DNA of 64,000 nt, taken from the NCBI GenBank assembly GCA_040954595.2, contig CM082596.2:529468-593467 (forward strand). Direction: 5' to 3'. How positions within the stretch are numbered: position 1 is the stretch's first letter; each line of letters opens with the position of its first letter. The stretch comes from Balanoglossus misakiensis. Taxonomy: Eukaryota; Animalia; Hemichordata. Under the pieces are notes generated by a model. The model did not search any database, was not told the origin of the DNA, and saw only the letters and a program-made list of their open reading frames with translations. Positions 1 through 13,900 of the stretch are shown here, piece by piece. The position numbers were made by a program, and so were the translations under genes.

Positions 1-1965
1 TTCTTCTCGCAGTTCTTTCGGGATCGCGACAAAGGAGCGAAATTGGCGGCAAGTGTAGAGGCATCAAAGCCTGATATATTGCTCTTATATCCGTGAAACT
101 CAGAATCAAATATCAACTGCAGAAAAATAGAACCAATACTACTCTAATCATCTTCTAGATTCATGTAGTAAAACATAATTGAAAACACTCTCCATTTTAA
201 TGTTGCTAAGGCAAATCTGTGCGATTTTATCTATACACGATTATATATATATAATATATTCAAAGAAAGAATTCAGTTTGTTCCTCTTAGTCGTTAGGCG
301 ACACTGAGTGCCTGAAAACTGAGTTTGTTTCTCAAAATACGGCGTGATTTGTTCGGCTGACTTCATCTCCTCGCCGATTATTAATAATATAACATCGTTG
401 TGGAGTTTGCAAAATTTATATCTTGGCGAATTCTGGCTGCAATTTCCCCCAATTATCTCTCTTCGGTTTGTTGCAATTTACTCCAATTAATTAATCATTA
501 ACGTTGCAAATTTGGTGAAAATGTCCCCTAAATAAAGGTAGGAACGAAGGCAGTAAATTAGTTTCCAGCCCATTGCTTTCAGCAAACCAAGTGTCGAAAT
601 CAGCCTATTCATTCCGAGTGTCTCTTTAGCAATTTGGTCAAAGTGGGTCCGTGTTTGATTAAACCATTTGTGAGTGTGTTTGCCTCTAAATTCGGTCATC
701 AAATACGCTTCATTTTGTCGTCGTCTGTGTTTAAAAAGCAAAAATTACAACACTCATTGTTGCACGTCAAAATGTAATCAGGGACGACCTCTGCACGACA
801 ATTTGTGCTCGACGTCCTTTTAAGGAAGACAGGACGTTGGTGGTCGATGTACGCAGTCGCGATGGTCACCGAGTGTGTAGGTGTTACACTGACGTGGTTG
901 TTACGTCTATGCCTGTTCACATACTCCCTCCCACTCTCAACATTAAACTGTACACGATCGCTTCCAGTTCTTATAAACTTTACCATAAACCATCAAAAAC
1001 TATTGCGCAGTGACACTTATGTCAGTTTAGGGTCAGGGTTACCACGTGACATTTTCCAGCTTTTGCGAATCTTTCCTTTTACAAAGTATCTATGGAATTC
1101 ACTTTCTACAAGATAAACAATTTAATACATCAGAGTGTCAAGAACTGTAGAATAAGATGACAAAATATTAGAAACTGATTTTGAGGGACAACAATGGGTA
1201 AATTCAACACCGCATGTCACGTTGTGTAAATTTAGTTGCTCTAAACGATCGAACTGAATAGACGTTTAAAGTTTGATTAAAATATTAAATTGATTTCAAT
1301 TTCTGAAGGGTTGAATAAATAGTGGTGAAAAAGGGACAAACGGGAAGTCTGCTGAAAATACTCAGGCAACTTTATAAATATCCAACGTATCCACAGCGGC
1401 GAATTGACGGCAATTGACTGCAATTTGAATGAGCTGCCTTTCTTCCGGGACGATTATAACAAAGGTTAAAAAATGAAATCAAACTCTCCAGGAAAAGTGC
1501 ATACGTGATTCAAGCCCCGTCGGTTTGAAACGCTCACTCAATTACACAGACCCTGGAGAACGCTAGATGTATATCGTATTGCATAGAAAAAGACGGAAAT
1601 GTTTTCAGCTGTTTGGATGCCAATTGTCAATTCACAGGCCTGAGATTTAATATCGGCAGATCACTTGTATTATGAAGTCGAATCAAAGTAATTTGGAACC
1701 AGATTTTTGGCCTATACTGCCGGAATTAATGTCCTGAAAGAATTATTAGTGCGATGAGCGCGCCATTGAGGTCTGTTTATCTCCACATTTTAAGTACTGC
1801 ATTGAATCTGGGATTCTCTCGCTTAATAGAAAAAAAATGTAAGTAAACAAAACACGAAGAGGCGCTATTCAAAATGGTTCAGACGACAGTTTTACGTACC
1901 AGTCAAAAGTAAATTTATCAACAATACACTAACCTAACCCAATATTCCCATGGGGATAAATATTC

Positions 1966-1979
1966 GTTGCCACGGCAAC
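1966..1979. promoter_or_regulatory. RFX X-box-like palindrome GTTGCCACGGCAAC
   Basis: One mismatch to the consensus GTTGCCATGGCAAC. Confidence 0.35.
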
Positions 1980-4900
1980 GCGATCGTTTTGAGGACGTTA
2001 TTACGGAGTCGATCGACAATTCTTACCTCACAGACTGAAACGAGAGTTTACGAACGTCTTTAGTGACACAGATAATCTAGAATCTCTAAAACTCCAAGCT
2101 TGAAGTGAACTTGCCAGTGAAAGTAACTAAGGTTTGTTAAGTGAAATGGAGAGAATCCGCACAATCTAAGTGTCAATGGGGTTATTACAATTTAGACTGT
2201 TTACTCAATACAGATGCATTAAATGAAAATCGTTTGTAGATTTGGTTATTTTTATCTTGCCTTCTCTCCAGGACTAATTTTGTAATTTTGATCGCATTAC
2301 TGGGCTAATTTCATTGTGTAAAATCCAATTGCTTTATTTGCGACCATGCTATGTAATCACAAGACTTATTCGGAGCTGCTATTTGCTCCCTACGACTATT
2401 ATACAAATGCTACAATACGCCCAAATCAACGCTTTTGGAATCGGGGCAATTTGTCGTGTCAGAGACCATAAGTCGACTTTCTACAAAGAGGGACACCGAT
2501 CATCTGTGTTCCTGCAGCGAAAATGTACCCACCGCATTAAGACAAAATTACCCGCTATTAGAGTTTCCAATGAAAAGGACCCCGTGTGTCATGCGAGCAC
2601 GGAATTGTACATAATAGAACGCAATCAGCGGCTTTGAAGGGAGGCTATTTCTGCGGCAAGATCGTTTGAATTGTCATATCCTTCTAGCCTGTGGAGAGAG
2701 CTTTTAAATCGTCCATTGAGATGCGATGTAAAACAGTATAATCGATGCGAAAAACATCATTGAAAAACGCTCCTCAAACATTGCTCGTTGAAAATTGGTC
2801 GATTTGTGCTTGTTTGGGATCTTTAAACAAAATAATCGTTTGCATGATGACTTGACCTCAAAGCTTTGCCACGACTAAAACAGAGAAACTTTCCCATCAG
2901 ATAATTTACAACGATGCTATGGCAACTGGCAGTTATGATACTAACATCAGATGTCCAAGAAATATAAAAGTATCTGCTTTTTGGAGTGGCGCGCAATCTC
3001 CGAATTTTCTTCCACGCTATTCATATTGTACGATTATCAATTTCGAATGAAACTCTAACCAGTTTCTAATATACTTCTCTATCTTATAACTTGAAGAAAA
3101 GAGGACACAAGTGGCGATAAAAACAACTAGATAATGTTGTCATATTCTCAGTTAGGGGTACCTAATAACTTCTACGGAATGGATCATTTTGTAATCAAAG
3201 CAATAAAGTAGTGCGGTATTTAGGGAGATGGCACAATCAAGTTCTCCGTTGGAGTATCATTGGAGGGCTTGCATGTTTCCGCCTTAAGACAACATTTATC
3301 AGTCCGCGGTCTTATAACGTCTTTCGCATCTTTTGCGTCTTAAATATTTTGGTTCACTGAATCACTTTTGTTGAGACTTCTTTCTTAATTAAAAGCACAA
3401 TGTGATCCGCCGACGCTGTAGTTCTGTGGAGCATCAGACGAAACTCAACATGGCTATTGCAAATCCTAAACTTTAATGTGACCCTGAGTTTATTTTATTT
3501 TGAAAGAAATCAAAACCGTCGTTTCAATTTAACAACTTGGCAGAGGTTCTCATCTTAATCCATTAAATGGCCCTTGGTTGTCATTTATGAAACAAATAAT
3601 GTCATTTTGTTGAATTTTCGTCTACATCTATGGTTGAAAATTAGTCTTCAGATACTAGCTTCCTTGTTATTTAGCCATAATAACACGACATGAACACGTG
3701 CAGAAACTCTCTATTGTGCACCAAATCCGGGCTGCAGGCCAAATTCACTCAATATCAATATTTTCAACTAAACTAATTATTTGCCTAATTTCCGCTTATT
3801 ATGAGAAAAAATAGAGACGCCCGGTTGGGAACAGCGACGATCGCGAACAAAAACAAACTAACGCCTCAGCAGGGAAAATCGAAAACTCATGGAAGTAATC
3901 CAAACGTGAAAGGTGAAATATTATTTATCAACACTTTTCGCGTGAGAAGTGGACGAATCGAATGCGTGTGAATATTCGGATAACGAAAAGACATGGTCAC
4001 TAGCTATTGAACATGGTCAATGAAGATGATTACTATAGTAAAAAGTAATGGAACATGACGTCATTCCTTGTAGACAGGAAATGCTAGCATCTAATGTGCT
4101 CTAACTTATATTGTTAACAATAAGTGATTTTAACACCGACTACTTTTAACGTCCAAACTTCTGAGTCGACTCTGCTCTAAAGTGCTGCAACAAAGTCAAT
4201 GTCGCCGAGAGATCAGCGGGTCGTGCCAGATCCACCGTGCAGACGTCAGCGAACAAAGAAAACGTCACCGCCATTTTCAAACCTAAACCTGTGTCGTGTG
4301 CGTCTACAATGAAAACATATAAAAGCCAATGTTTTCCCTTTATTTAAAGGTGCTATTTCCATAGAAAACCACTCTTAATTCATGACTTTTAAACAAACCA
4401 ATTTCACCAAATTGCACTTAATTAGGCCGCTTTTTATGAAAGAGAGTAGTAATAGGCCATTTCAGATTCCAATATTGCAGGGAAAATCTGTCTCCTCATT
4501 CAAAAAGAAAATAGCTGCCGCATTTTTCACGGATGATTTTGCTTTCGAGAGAAATACAACATTAAAAAGCAAAACTGCTTATAGTAGCGGACTGCAACAT
4601 TTGATTAAAGTCGACAACCTGGTATTGCGAAGGGCATGAAACTAGCTCATCCATTCCGCCCAATTGATTCTGTTTCCATGGAAATCAAATAAAGAGTACC
4701 GTCGTGTCATGGAAACCCCAATGAACTGTATATTCTCTTTTTACTGGTTTTTTTCTAAGAATTGTTTATACAAATGACCCTTGACCTGCACGCATATCAA
4801 CATGTAATAGTTGTGGATATTTTGAATTTTCCTGCATGGACAGTTAAATCGTCTGATTTTTACGCAAACTGTCATCTTGGGCTCTCATAGAAACTTATTA

Positions 4901-7900
4901 CACATAGATACATAGATGCATCACCGATAAATAATTTCACTAATATACAAACCATAACTACAAATCCTACTCTGACTCAGCTCTTGCTACTTCCAAGCAC
5001 TACCAAAAGCACCATATTTGGTCAAATCTAATCCTACCTCAAACAAAGCACCTCTATTTGCGCGGGACAATATCAAACTTACAAAGATCTTCAGAATATT
5101 TGATTTGAAATGTGTAGGCTTGAAGGAACTTGGGGAACTTATTTGAGACGTGACGGCTTGAGGGCAACTTCTACGACTTAACCCGGCAGTCGAATTGGCT
5201 CATTTTGTAAAGATTTATTGAATGTTCAGTAAAACATTACTTCCGTAATTTCCTTCAAATTCAGAGCGAGATAAGATAAAAGTCCCAGCATCCTCGCCCA
5301 AAAGCGATCTTCAAATTCTATAAAATGCGAAAAATTACAGCAATTCTGTCCATTCCAATCTCCAAGCAAATTAACACAGAGAGATAACGACTCGCAGATT
5401 AAAAATTAAAGATCAATTTAAGTTGCTACCGCTTTCAAAGACCGTCTAAAATTTCGCTTTCCGCTGTTATCTTGATACGCTCACAGGCATAATTTGCTGG
5501 TAGTTCTACGCGAATCGATGCAGTAATATTTGTTACCGCTGGAAGCCGGTCAAAATTAGCCGAACGATAAATATTACTTAGTCGCTCGTCGTAATCTATG
5601 GAAATAGAGCTCATCACTACAATGCATTATTGGAAATGTACCTCTGAAGTCAACTCACAAAAGTGGAAACATTCACGCTCTTATATTTTAGGGATTAAAG
5701 ACGGACATTTTCACTTGGAAATTTAAAATGCAATTAGTTCCAACGCTAATGTCTTAATGCAAAATTAATGCCGGTTTGCAAGTTTGTTGTTGAGTCACGT
5801 GTTCCTTATACACGTGTCATACGTCATACAAATATGAATAAATGTCAAAAATAATAGGAATGAAATCATGATACAGAAGATTTTCTTTTGACTATATGTG
5901 AATATCAAAGAAAAGTAATTAGTCCAAATTATTTCCTGGAACCACGACAAACAGATAGAGAGAGGGGGGCAGACAGATAGATGTACTTGTCAACTTTTAC
6001 GCTGATTAGTAATTTTTTTGCAAAAGGTTACTGCCTGCTTACTTCCGGTAAAACATTTCTCAGATGTACGGAACGTCCTCTTAAATCGTTATCATCGCCC
6101 GTTTCACTAATATCATGTTGCGTTTCTCGCCTTTTCTGAGATCGACTTGTTATCGATCTTAATCATGCACAGTCTCCAAGGAAACGTGTTTATTTCCAAT
6201 CAATTACCGCGGGAAACCAAGTTATAAAAAATTTAATTTTTCATCAGTCCGACCTTTGACCTCCTACTAGCCGAGACTCTTCTGGGGGCTGGCAATCGGG
6301 TGGATATCTTAATAATTTAATAATTTAGTAATGATTTTTCATTAGTGAATTAATTTCAGAGTTTTATTTGAATGTAATTGATGGGATTATTCGTCACAGT
6401 CACTGTGTCAGGTTTTTGGGGAATCAGCGGGTCACGTGACTGCATAACCTCGGAAGACAGTAAAACCGACGGTGAAAGGCTCATCAAGAATCGTCATAGT
6501 CCCGTGAGATCAAAACCACTGCGCCGAGATCTGACGTTTTGAAAATTGCTTATTGATTTGATTTGCTTCTGCTGTTCTTTCCAAGTTAGCCTCGTCCCGT
6601 TATTAAAAAGATTAAATTATCTTGCGTCACGTGGTACAGAACAATCTCGTGAACATGCCAACAGTTAAAGCTAGTGGGGCTTTAACCAAACATTATACAT
6701 GAAGATGACGGGTATTTCTTGATCACACCAACGTCTTTTCTACATGGATTATCCTGCAGTTATGTTTTCTTGGTCTGAGTGAGAAGTTGCTTGTATTGTC
6801 TTGCTTAAGTAGCGACACATGATTGAATAACAAACTCCACTCACAAGTTCCTGTCGTTATAAACTACATGTAAGAATCGTTTCACACATAGAGTTACTCA
6901 GTCTATAAACACGAGTGTGCATTTATGTCCTTAAATGTAAGCTAAAATAAAAGTGAAAAAATCAAGACTATTGCTACTATTGATGATTGGTTATACAGCT
7001 AGCGTTCAAACATAAAAATAAATAATCTAGGTTCAAACACACCCCTGGGCTGATTATCAGGCATGATAACATGTTCTACATTATGATTGATAGACATTTC
7101 TGTGAAATGACCATAGTTAGTGGGCATAGTGACGACAGTAAATTGAAATATACTTTATAGGATTTTCAAATCATAGTCTCCCTAAAACAAAAGACACAAA
7201 CGAATATACGGTAAAACGACTTTGTTAATATACAACAGTGTAGTGTAATAATATAAACGAGTTGCTACAAAGGTGAGCGACAAAAAAGTTATCGTGTTGA
7301 ATCAAAATCCAAAACACGAAGTGAAAGAGAGGCAGAAAAGGCCAACAGACTAGCCAGTCAGAAAGCTAGACCACACAACCATGGATGCACCCACAGTTCC
7401 ATCGGTTCCTGAATGTGTGTTAAAGGTACACATCCACGTGATGTATTACAATCGCATGAGTCTTCCGTCCTTCACGTTGCCCGGTCTGTGGGTACATAAC
7501 CCAGTGATATTGGGAAGCCCTAACCCTAAGCAGATCCAATCCTATCCACGTTAATTGGGTCTGTGTAGATAATATTTCATGGTCACACAGCCATGTTTGT
7601 ATCTACCAGCGACAGTTTTATATCATTCCACGTGATGTTTAATGATCACGTGGATGATAAACTGGGTCCAACCGAGGATTTTACATGCTCTCCAGATGAT
7701 GTCACGTGGTTAATCGTAATACATTTTACGGTCGAACCGATGTTATTAGATTATTCTGAAAACTGTATAACCATATCCAGGGATAATATCTCACGACCCT
7801 TTAGATAATTAAATTTGAGCTACTAGAACATATTTCACATAAACCTTTCATTGCACCGAGTTGACTCTTCCATGAGTGCGTTTTTAATAGAGCGCATCAT

Positions 7901-10900
7901 TGCGTTTCATAGAAGAAAAAACAGAAATTATTACGTTTTAAAGTTTGTGTGTAATGCGGATGATATCATCATGTAAAGAGCACAGGAATCGATGACATCA
8001 TCATTCTTGTTATGGAGACTGTGATTGATCACATTTATCCTTATCACATCATAATGACGTAACTATTAATAGTAGAAACGTTACAGTTGATGACATCACT
8101 AAATCTATCATATCATATCATTTCATGTCAAGACATACTCCCTACAGAACAAACTGGGTCCGTTACATCATAGCCGAGACCGATTGCGTCACTACAGCCC
8201 GTGTGAAACATGCTAAAACATAGCATCATCAAAGTCCGTGTAGAAAACACCCAGATTAATTACGTCATCATCACAATTAATACGAAATAGGGAGATTACA
8301 TCACCAAAGTTGTTATTTGTTTTAACACCACCAAAAACTGTTTCCATATCATCACAGTTCATGTCAAAGCCACTGAGAGCAACCACGTCATCACAATTCA
8401 TGATGGGAACTTCAGAATGAAATGACTGATGTTTTGACTCCCAATTATCTAATAGAAGCACGATATGTCACACCAGTAGCTACTTTATGGTTCTAGTCAT
8501 AGAATGTTATCACTGTGACCGCTGTTTGTGACACTACACATCACACTGCTGATTTTCGTTTTCGCCTCATTTTGACACTTGATTTCGGTCGTGTCTCGTG
8601 AGAGTCCGACAACAAACCTGTAAATATGAACACTTCAGAGTCCGTACTATTGTTCCATGTTAATCATTTTCAACGGATCGTGCAACAGACGGCAATTTTA
8701 GTCCTGAAAGTAGTCAATATCGACACAAAGCCGAGATGTCACGTCTTTTCACTTCATAAAATGACTATGTTAATAACTCTCATCCGATCCGTGCAGATGA
8801 CGAGATAAGACCCAAAAAAGCGTGAACGAAACGAATCATGTCTTGGAAAGAAGGCGACACAGAATTAGAATTATAAAGTGGTTCGCCATTTGAGCTGATC
8901 ACGACTGATGTTAGTGAGCAGTAGGTTACTTTTGATCGAAAAATCAAGATCATCACATCAATGGTTCAAACTCGGTTAACAATATAATTAGAAACTAGAG
9001 AAAGGACCCAATCCAGAATTAATATGCCAACCTGATATTGCCTGTCTCTGTTTTCATCTCCTCCCATTAAAAACACAACGAAATAGGGATTTTAAAATTG
9101 AAAGATAACTCCATAATCGTTTCATTTCAATCATTTATAGTAATAATTCCTCTATTGCTTCGAAACAGAAGAAATGGGAGCCCTACCATAATATGCAGTC
9201 TGTGGCTGCAGTTGTTATTTCCTATGGATAAAAGGCCAGCCACAAAGTCGAGTGGGAGCACTTGAATTGTGAGCACGGCAGTGGAAATGCAAAACAAAGT
9301 TGTATGAATTGGTATTACTTTACTCCACTCATTCATCACAGTCACCTGTCAGAACGCGGAGTGGCGGGGCCGGCAGGCGTATAATTTTGGCGGCGACGGT
9401 TCGTCTAATTGCCGGAGGGCAAGCATTTTCATCACCTATTGGTTTTATCGAATTCTCTAGCCATTTCGGATGAGTATCTTTGATTCTATAATTACATAAG
9501 ACACAGAAGGCCCATGATTAATGATACACGTTTTTGTCAAGCAAAAGTGTACCCAGATCGGTTTTAGAGCCGCGCTATAAGACTTGCTAGAACAGAGCGA
9601 CATAGTTGTAACGTTACAGTCACCAACGGTGCATCCAAATTGACCCGCCTCGCGTCTGAGAATTTACAGTCCACAGAAAAACAAATACGTTAGCAAATTA
9701 ATTGAATTTGTTTTACGTATCCGTCTGGCGGGTAGCGAGGTAATCACAACAGCCTATGACGAGAAAACACACTTCACACTCAAGTGTTTAGTTTCGCCCC
9801 AAGCGCCGAAATGTTCAATGGCCTCTTAATTTCGTTGTGAAACAGACATCAGGGTTGTAAGTTTCATTTGCGAAGTGACGAGATATTTCGCCTGTAAATT
9901 AAATGTGATCAGAGTCAAGTATACGGGGCTTCTCGCTTTAACTTCCTAATTTATAGAAGTATCACCATTAAGCAGTCGTCAAACTAGCATTTGTATGAAA
10001 TATTCAAACCCTGTACTTTCCCGTGTCGTTCATCATAGCGATCACTTTTCGGGAGAAAATGGATTTGGCATATATTCACTTAGTCGCGTTAAGACCCGGT
10101 GTGTGCTATTGAAGGTCGCATTGTGAAGTGAAAGCAACAAACGGATTTCAGTTGAAGCCGACACAGATAAGAGGAGGATTTAAGACAACTGCTCAATATT
10201 CAAGTATCCTTCATCAAATGAACAAAACAAACAAAACTAAGGCTTTCAAACGGCTTAGCGTAGACCGATAATTCACCCTCAACGCCTATTGTCTTCATTA
10301 GTGCGTTCGGCATGTGCTCTTCTGCGACAAGACCGCTCGCTGTGAACTCGCTAATATTTGCGATAGCAGACAAAATTGTGATCTGTTTAGTGATGAGGTG
10401 CTAATTGGTGATAATGACCGGCGGTGTACAAATCCTTAACGTTATTACTAATTGTTATACTCACAAACATAATTAGATTGACAAATTAACGTAATTAACG
10501 AGAATTCGACGGACGGAATTGCAGATCAGATTTCTGAGTGTTACAGATGTTGGTAAAATTTGCATCTATTTTGATTTTTATCAGTTGCTCAGTGAGAGGA
10601 AAGAACCGCTTTTAATTCAGATTTTTCACAAATTTCTGCAGCAAAAAGAGCGTGATGCACGATGACTCTAGCGTCGCCAGATAAAAGCGTCACAACCACA
10701 AACGTGCACCCTAGACTAAATTTTGTTTTTCCTGTTTCTGACACTATTCAAAATTTCCAGATTCGTGGCGGATACTCACAGACTGTTCCAAAAGGCACAT
10801 CTCACAGTTGCCATTTCCCAAGATAACAAATCGACCCCAATTTAGCGATTTATGCATTACAGTTTAAATGTATATCTCACTAAATTGTTCTTTTCAAACG

Positions 10901-13900
10901 TACACGTGTAAATTTCTTTGTGTTATTTGCAGAGAAAAAGAATGAATTTGGCAGCCTTCTGAATTGCTTCTACTTTTCACCAATTGTTCGGCTGGTTTTG
11001 ACCTCTTTTAGCAGACTGACTCGTGCTCTTTTGAAATGGCCCGTTTTTCCACAACGTCCACGAACAAAACGCTCAAGAGGAGAATATTTTATATAACTTA
11101 ATGTCTCTTGCTCACTCTCAGCCTGTCAATGTCTTTCGGGAAGGAGTTGCTGCCACGTTGCATGAGAGCGCACCCGAGCGGACCCAACAGTTAAAGTATC
11201 AGCGCGCTGGTTTTCTACCATCTTTAATTTCAGTTTGTTCGCGATTCTCGTCACCACGGCGGGTATGACGGGAAAATGACTGTGCGATGTGTCAACTGTT
11301 GCTGTCATCTGAGAAATACAACTCGGAGTAAATCTTTTTTTTATAGATTCGCATCATTTTTAGTGGAACAAAAAACATTGACCAAAGTTGATATTTTCTT
11401 CCCTATCTTGCTTTACATCCCGCTGATCACGGGGATGTAAAGTTGATGTTTCCTATATTCATGCCTATCGGTGGCATTTCCTATGGTGGGAGGAAACCTC
11501 CATACACTACAATGATGTTTCCTATGCTCGGGGCAAACTACAGCCGTAACATCAACCAACACGCGATGCTTGAGAAATTTGGCCCCTAACAACCCATACT
11601 TATGTTAAATTGGATGAAACACGGCGTTGTTGATCTCATTTCCACGGGCATGGACGAACGACCCCCGGTTACACAGTTGACGTGCACGTAGAATCAGATC
11701 TTCGCCGTCAGCCAAGCAGAACATCTGTGCGAACATCCATCGAACCACGGTCCCTATATTAATGTAATAGAGGGACTGTGGTCGAGGTAAAAAGCCTGCG
11801 CGCTCCGAATGTCGCCGAGCGCAACACACCAAAGTTGCAATCAAGGCTTGACAAACATTAGAAACGATCAGTTCACCCCGACAATGGCAACAATTTTCTT
11901 GTCCGATCTTTGACTAATTCATCGGATGAGTATTGGGCAAGTGGGCCATTATTTATCTCTGTGTTACAAACACCACTTCAGCAGAGACGCCGAAACGTTT
12001 CAGCGAACAGTGCAGGTCATGTGACCGGTTTAGATGCACACATTGATCAGAGAACCTCCACTTGCTATTGGTTGCAATGGTAATCACCGCTCGGAGAAAG
12101 TGGTCGTTTTTATCGACGAACAATAGTTTTCACTGATGTTAGAGGGGAACCGCCTTAATGTCGGAGGTGACGCGCTCACTGTAGTGGCCTTTCAATAACG
12201 ACTTCCACTAAATAAATTGGTCGCCGGGTGTCTATAATCTTTTGTGTGAACTGACACGAGGTTTGTCCCCACAAATACTGTCAGGGTTTCTTGCCAGGGT
12301 TTTGTAAATCAAAATTGGTGGGCTTTGCAATGCTACGACTAAAACTGTGGGTACTGTGTGCACTCCACTAAATTCAGCGCCCTCCACAAAGAATAGTCGC
12401 TGTACACATCTTTGGGAAGTAGCCAGCTATATCAACATGTCTGCTGCGGCTCAATATGAACCCATACATGTATACTTGTTGAAAGAAACGTTTACACGAT
12501 AAAAAGGTAATTTATCCCAAGTAGTCACAGACAGTTTAAAACCACGACAACGAGATGATTTAGTCAACGTTCTTGAAAGTTGACTGCACATCACGTGACA
12601 AAAACTCTGCAAACGTAGAAAAAGTTATAAAGGCGCGACGGATCCACAAACCATATGTTCAAAACATAAAGACTCATGTTGATAATATTAACTACAAGTG
12701 TACGACAGATCACATCTCGAGTTTCATCACTTCCAAACGTCGAAAAGATATTCTGGAACCTGGTTGTCAAAGTTTGCAGCCTGGTCACTCAAGGCGACCT
12801 AAAGGCCTGCTGTTTTCAAATAATTCATTGAGTTTGTCCAAGCCCTCTTAAAAGTGGGATGGAACCGTTCATTGTCTGCGGCGTAATAGTCTTTCCGATT
12901 CGTTTTTGTCAGCATATTTATCGATCTAACCTTTTGAAACCGGTCTAATTATAGGAAAATTCAATCGTTCTCAGTGTACCATTGAAGTACCGAAATTGGG
13001 CCACCTTATTAGCTTGTCCAAGCGATTCCGTCTCTGCCAGCAAAATGCCGGACTGAGATTTAAAAGTTAACTGCTCATTTCAAAACAAGAGAAAAGTCTG
13101 CCGAGAAAACCGAGCTGTGTTTTGGGGACAAGTGGTTGGTTGCCTCACACGCCGGCCCTGCCGAGAATGTGGGGGAGATATTGGAAGACATAGCCTGTGT
13201 CCGTGATTAAACAGTGTGTAAGTTACGTGCATTGGGTAGGAAAGTGGAGACTGACAAAGAGAACAAGCACTCCAGTGCACATTGCTAGTGTATTCACAGC
13301 CTGCTAAAGATTGTTCGCTTGATTGCATCTCTGCGCTGTGTTCACCATTTTGAAGAGGGGGTTTGGTTGATAGCGATTTTAGCCGTGCAATTTGGGCGTC
13401 GCATTGAGACCAAAACAGTCTCTCATCACCGGGATTATCGTAAAATCTCCACTTCCTTTGTTACGTGCACTTCTGTCGCAAACACAGCCATTGGACAACT
13501 TCGGTCTCATTTCAAAGATCCGTTCCACGTAGTTTTTTTCTTGTAAAATATATAGCTGTGTGGATATCATCTGACAAAAGCAAAGCCATTAGATGTTTGG
13601 AAGCGAATTCTAACACAGAGAAATATCTATTCCCGGACTTGGTAAAACTTTTGCAGTTTTACTGAGGCAATTACGGACCCATTTGGCGGGGGTGCTTTAA
13701 GATTAAGCAGAGCAGAGAAAATAGTCGCCCGCGGAGGTTTTCTAAGCTGTAGTAAGCAAATAGGTTTGTCTAAGAATGATGGCCGATGCTGTATACGCAT
13801 GATAACCTCATTATACCATCTAGTACTATCAGACTAACATCTGTAGTAGTATGGCCTTAAAGCCAGGCACGGCTAATCAATCGTTGCAACCAAACACTGT

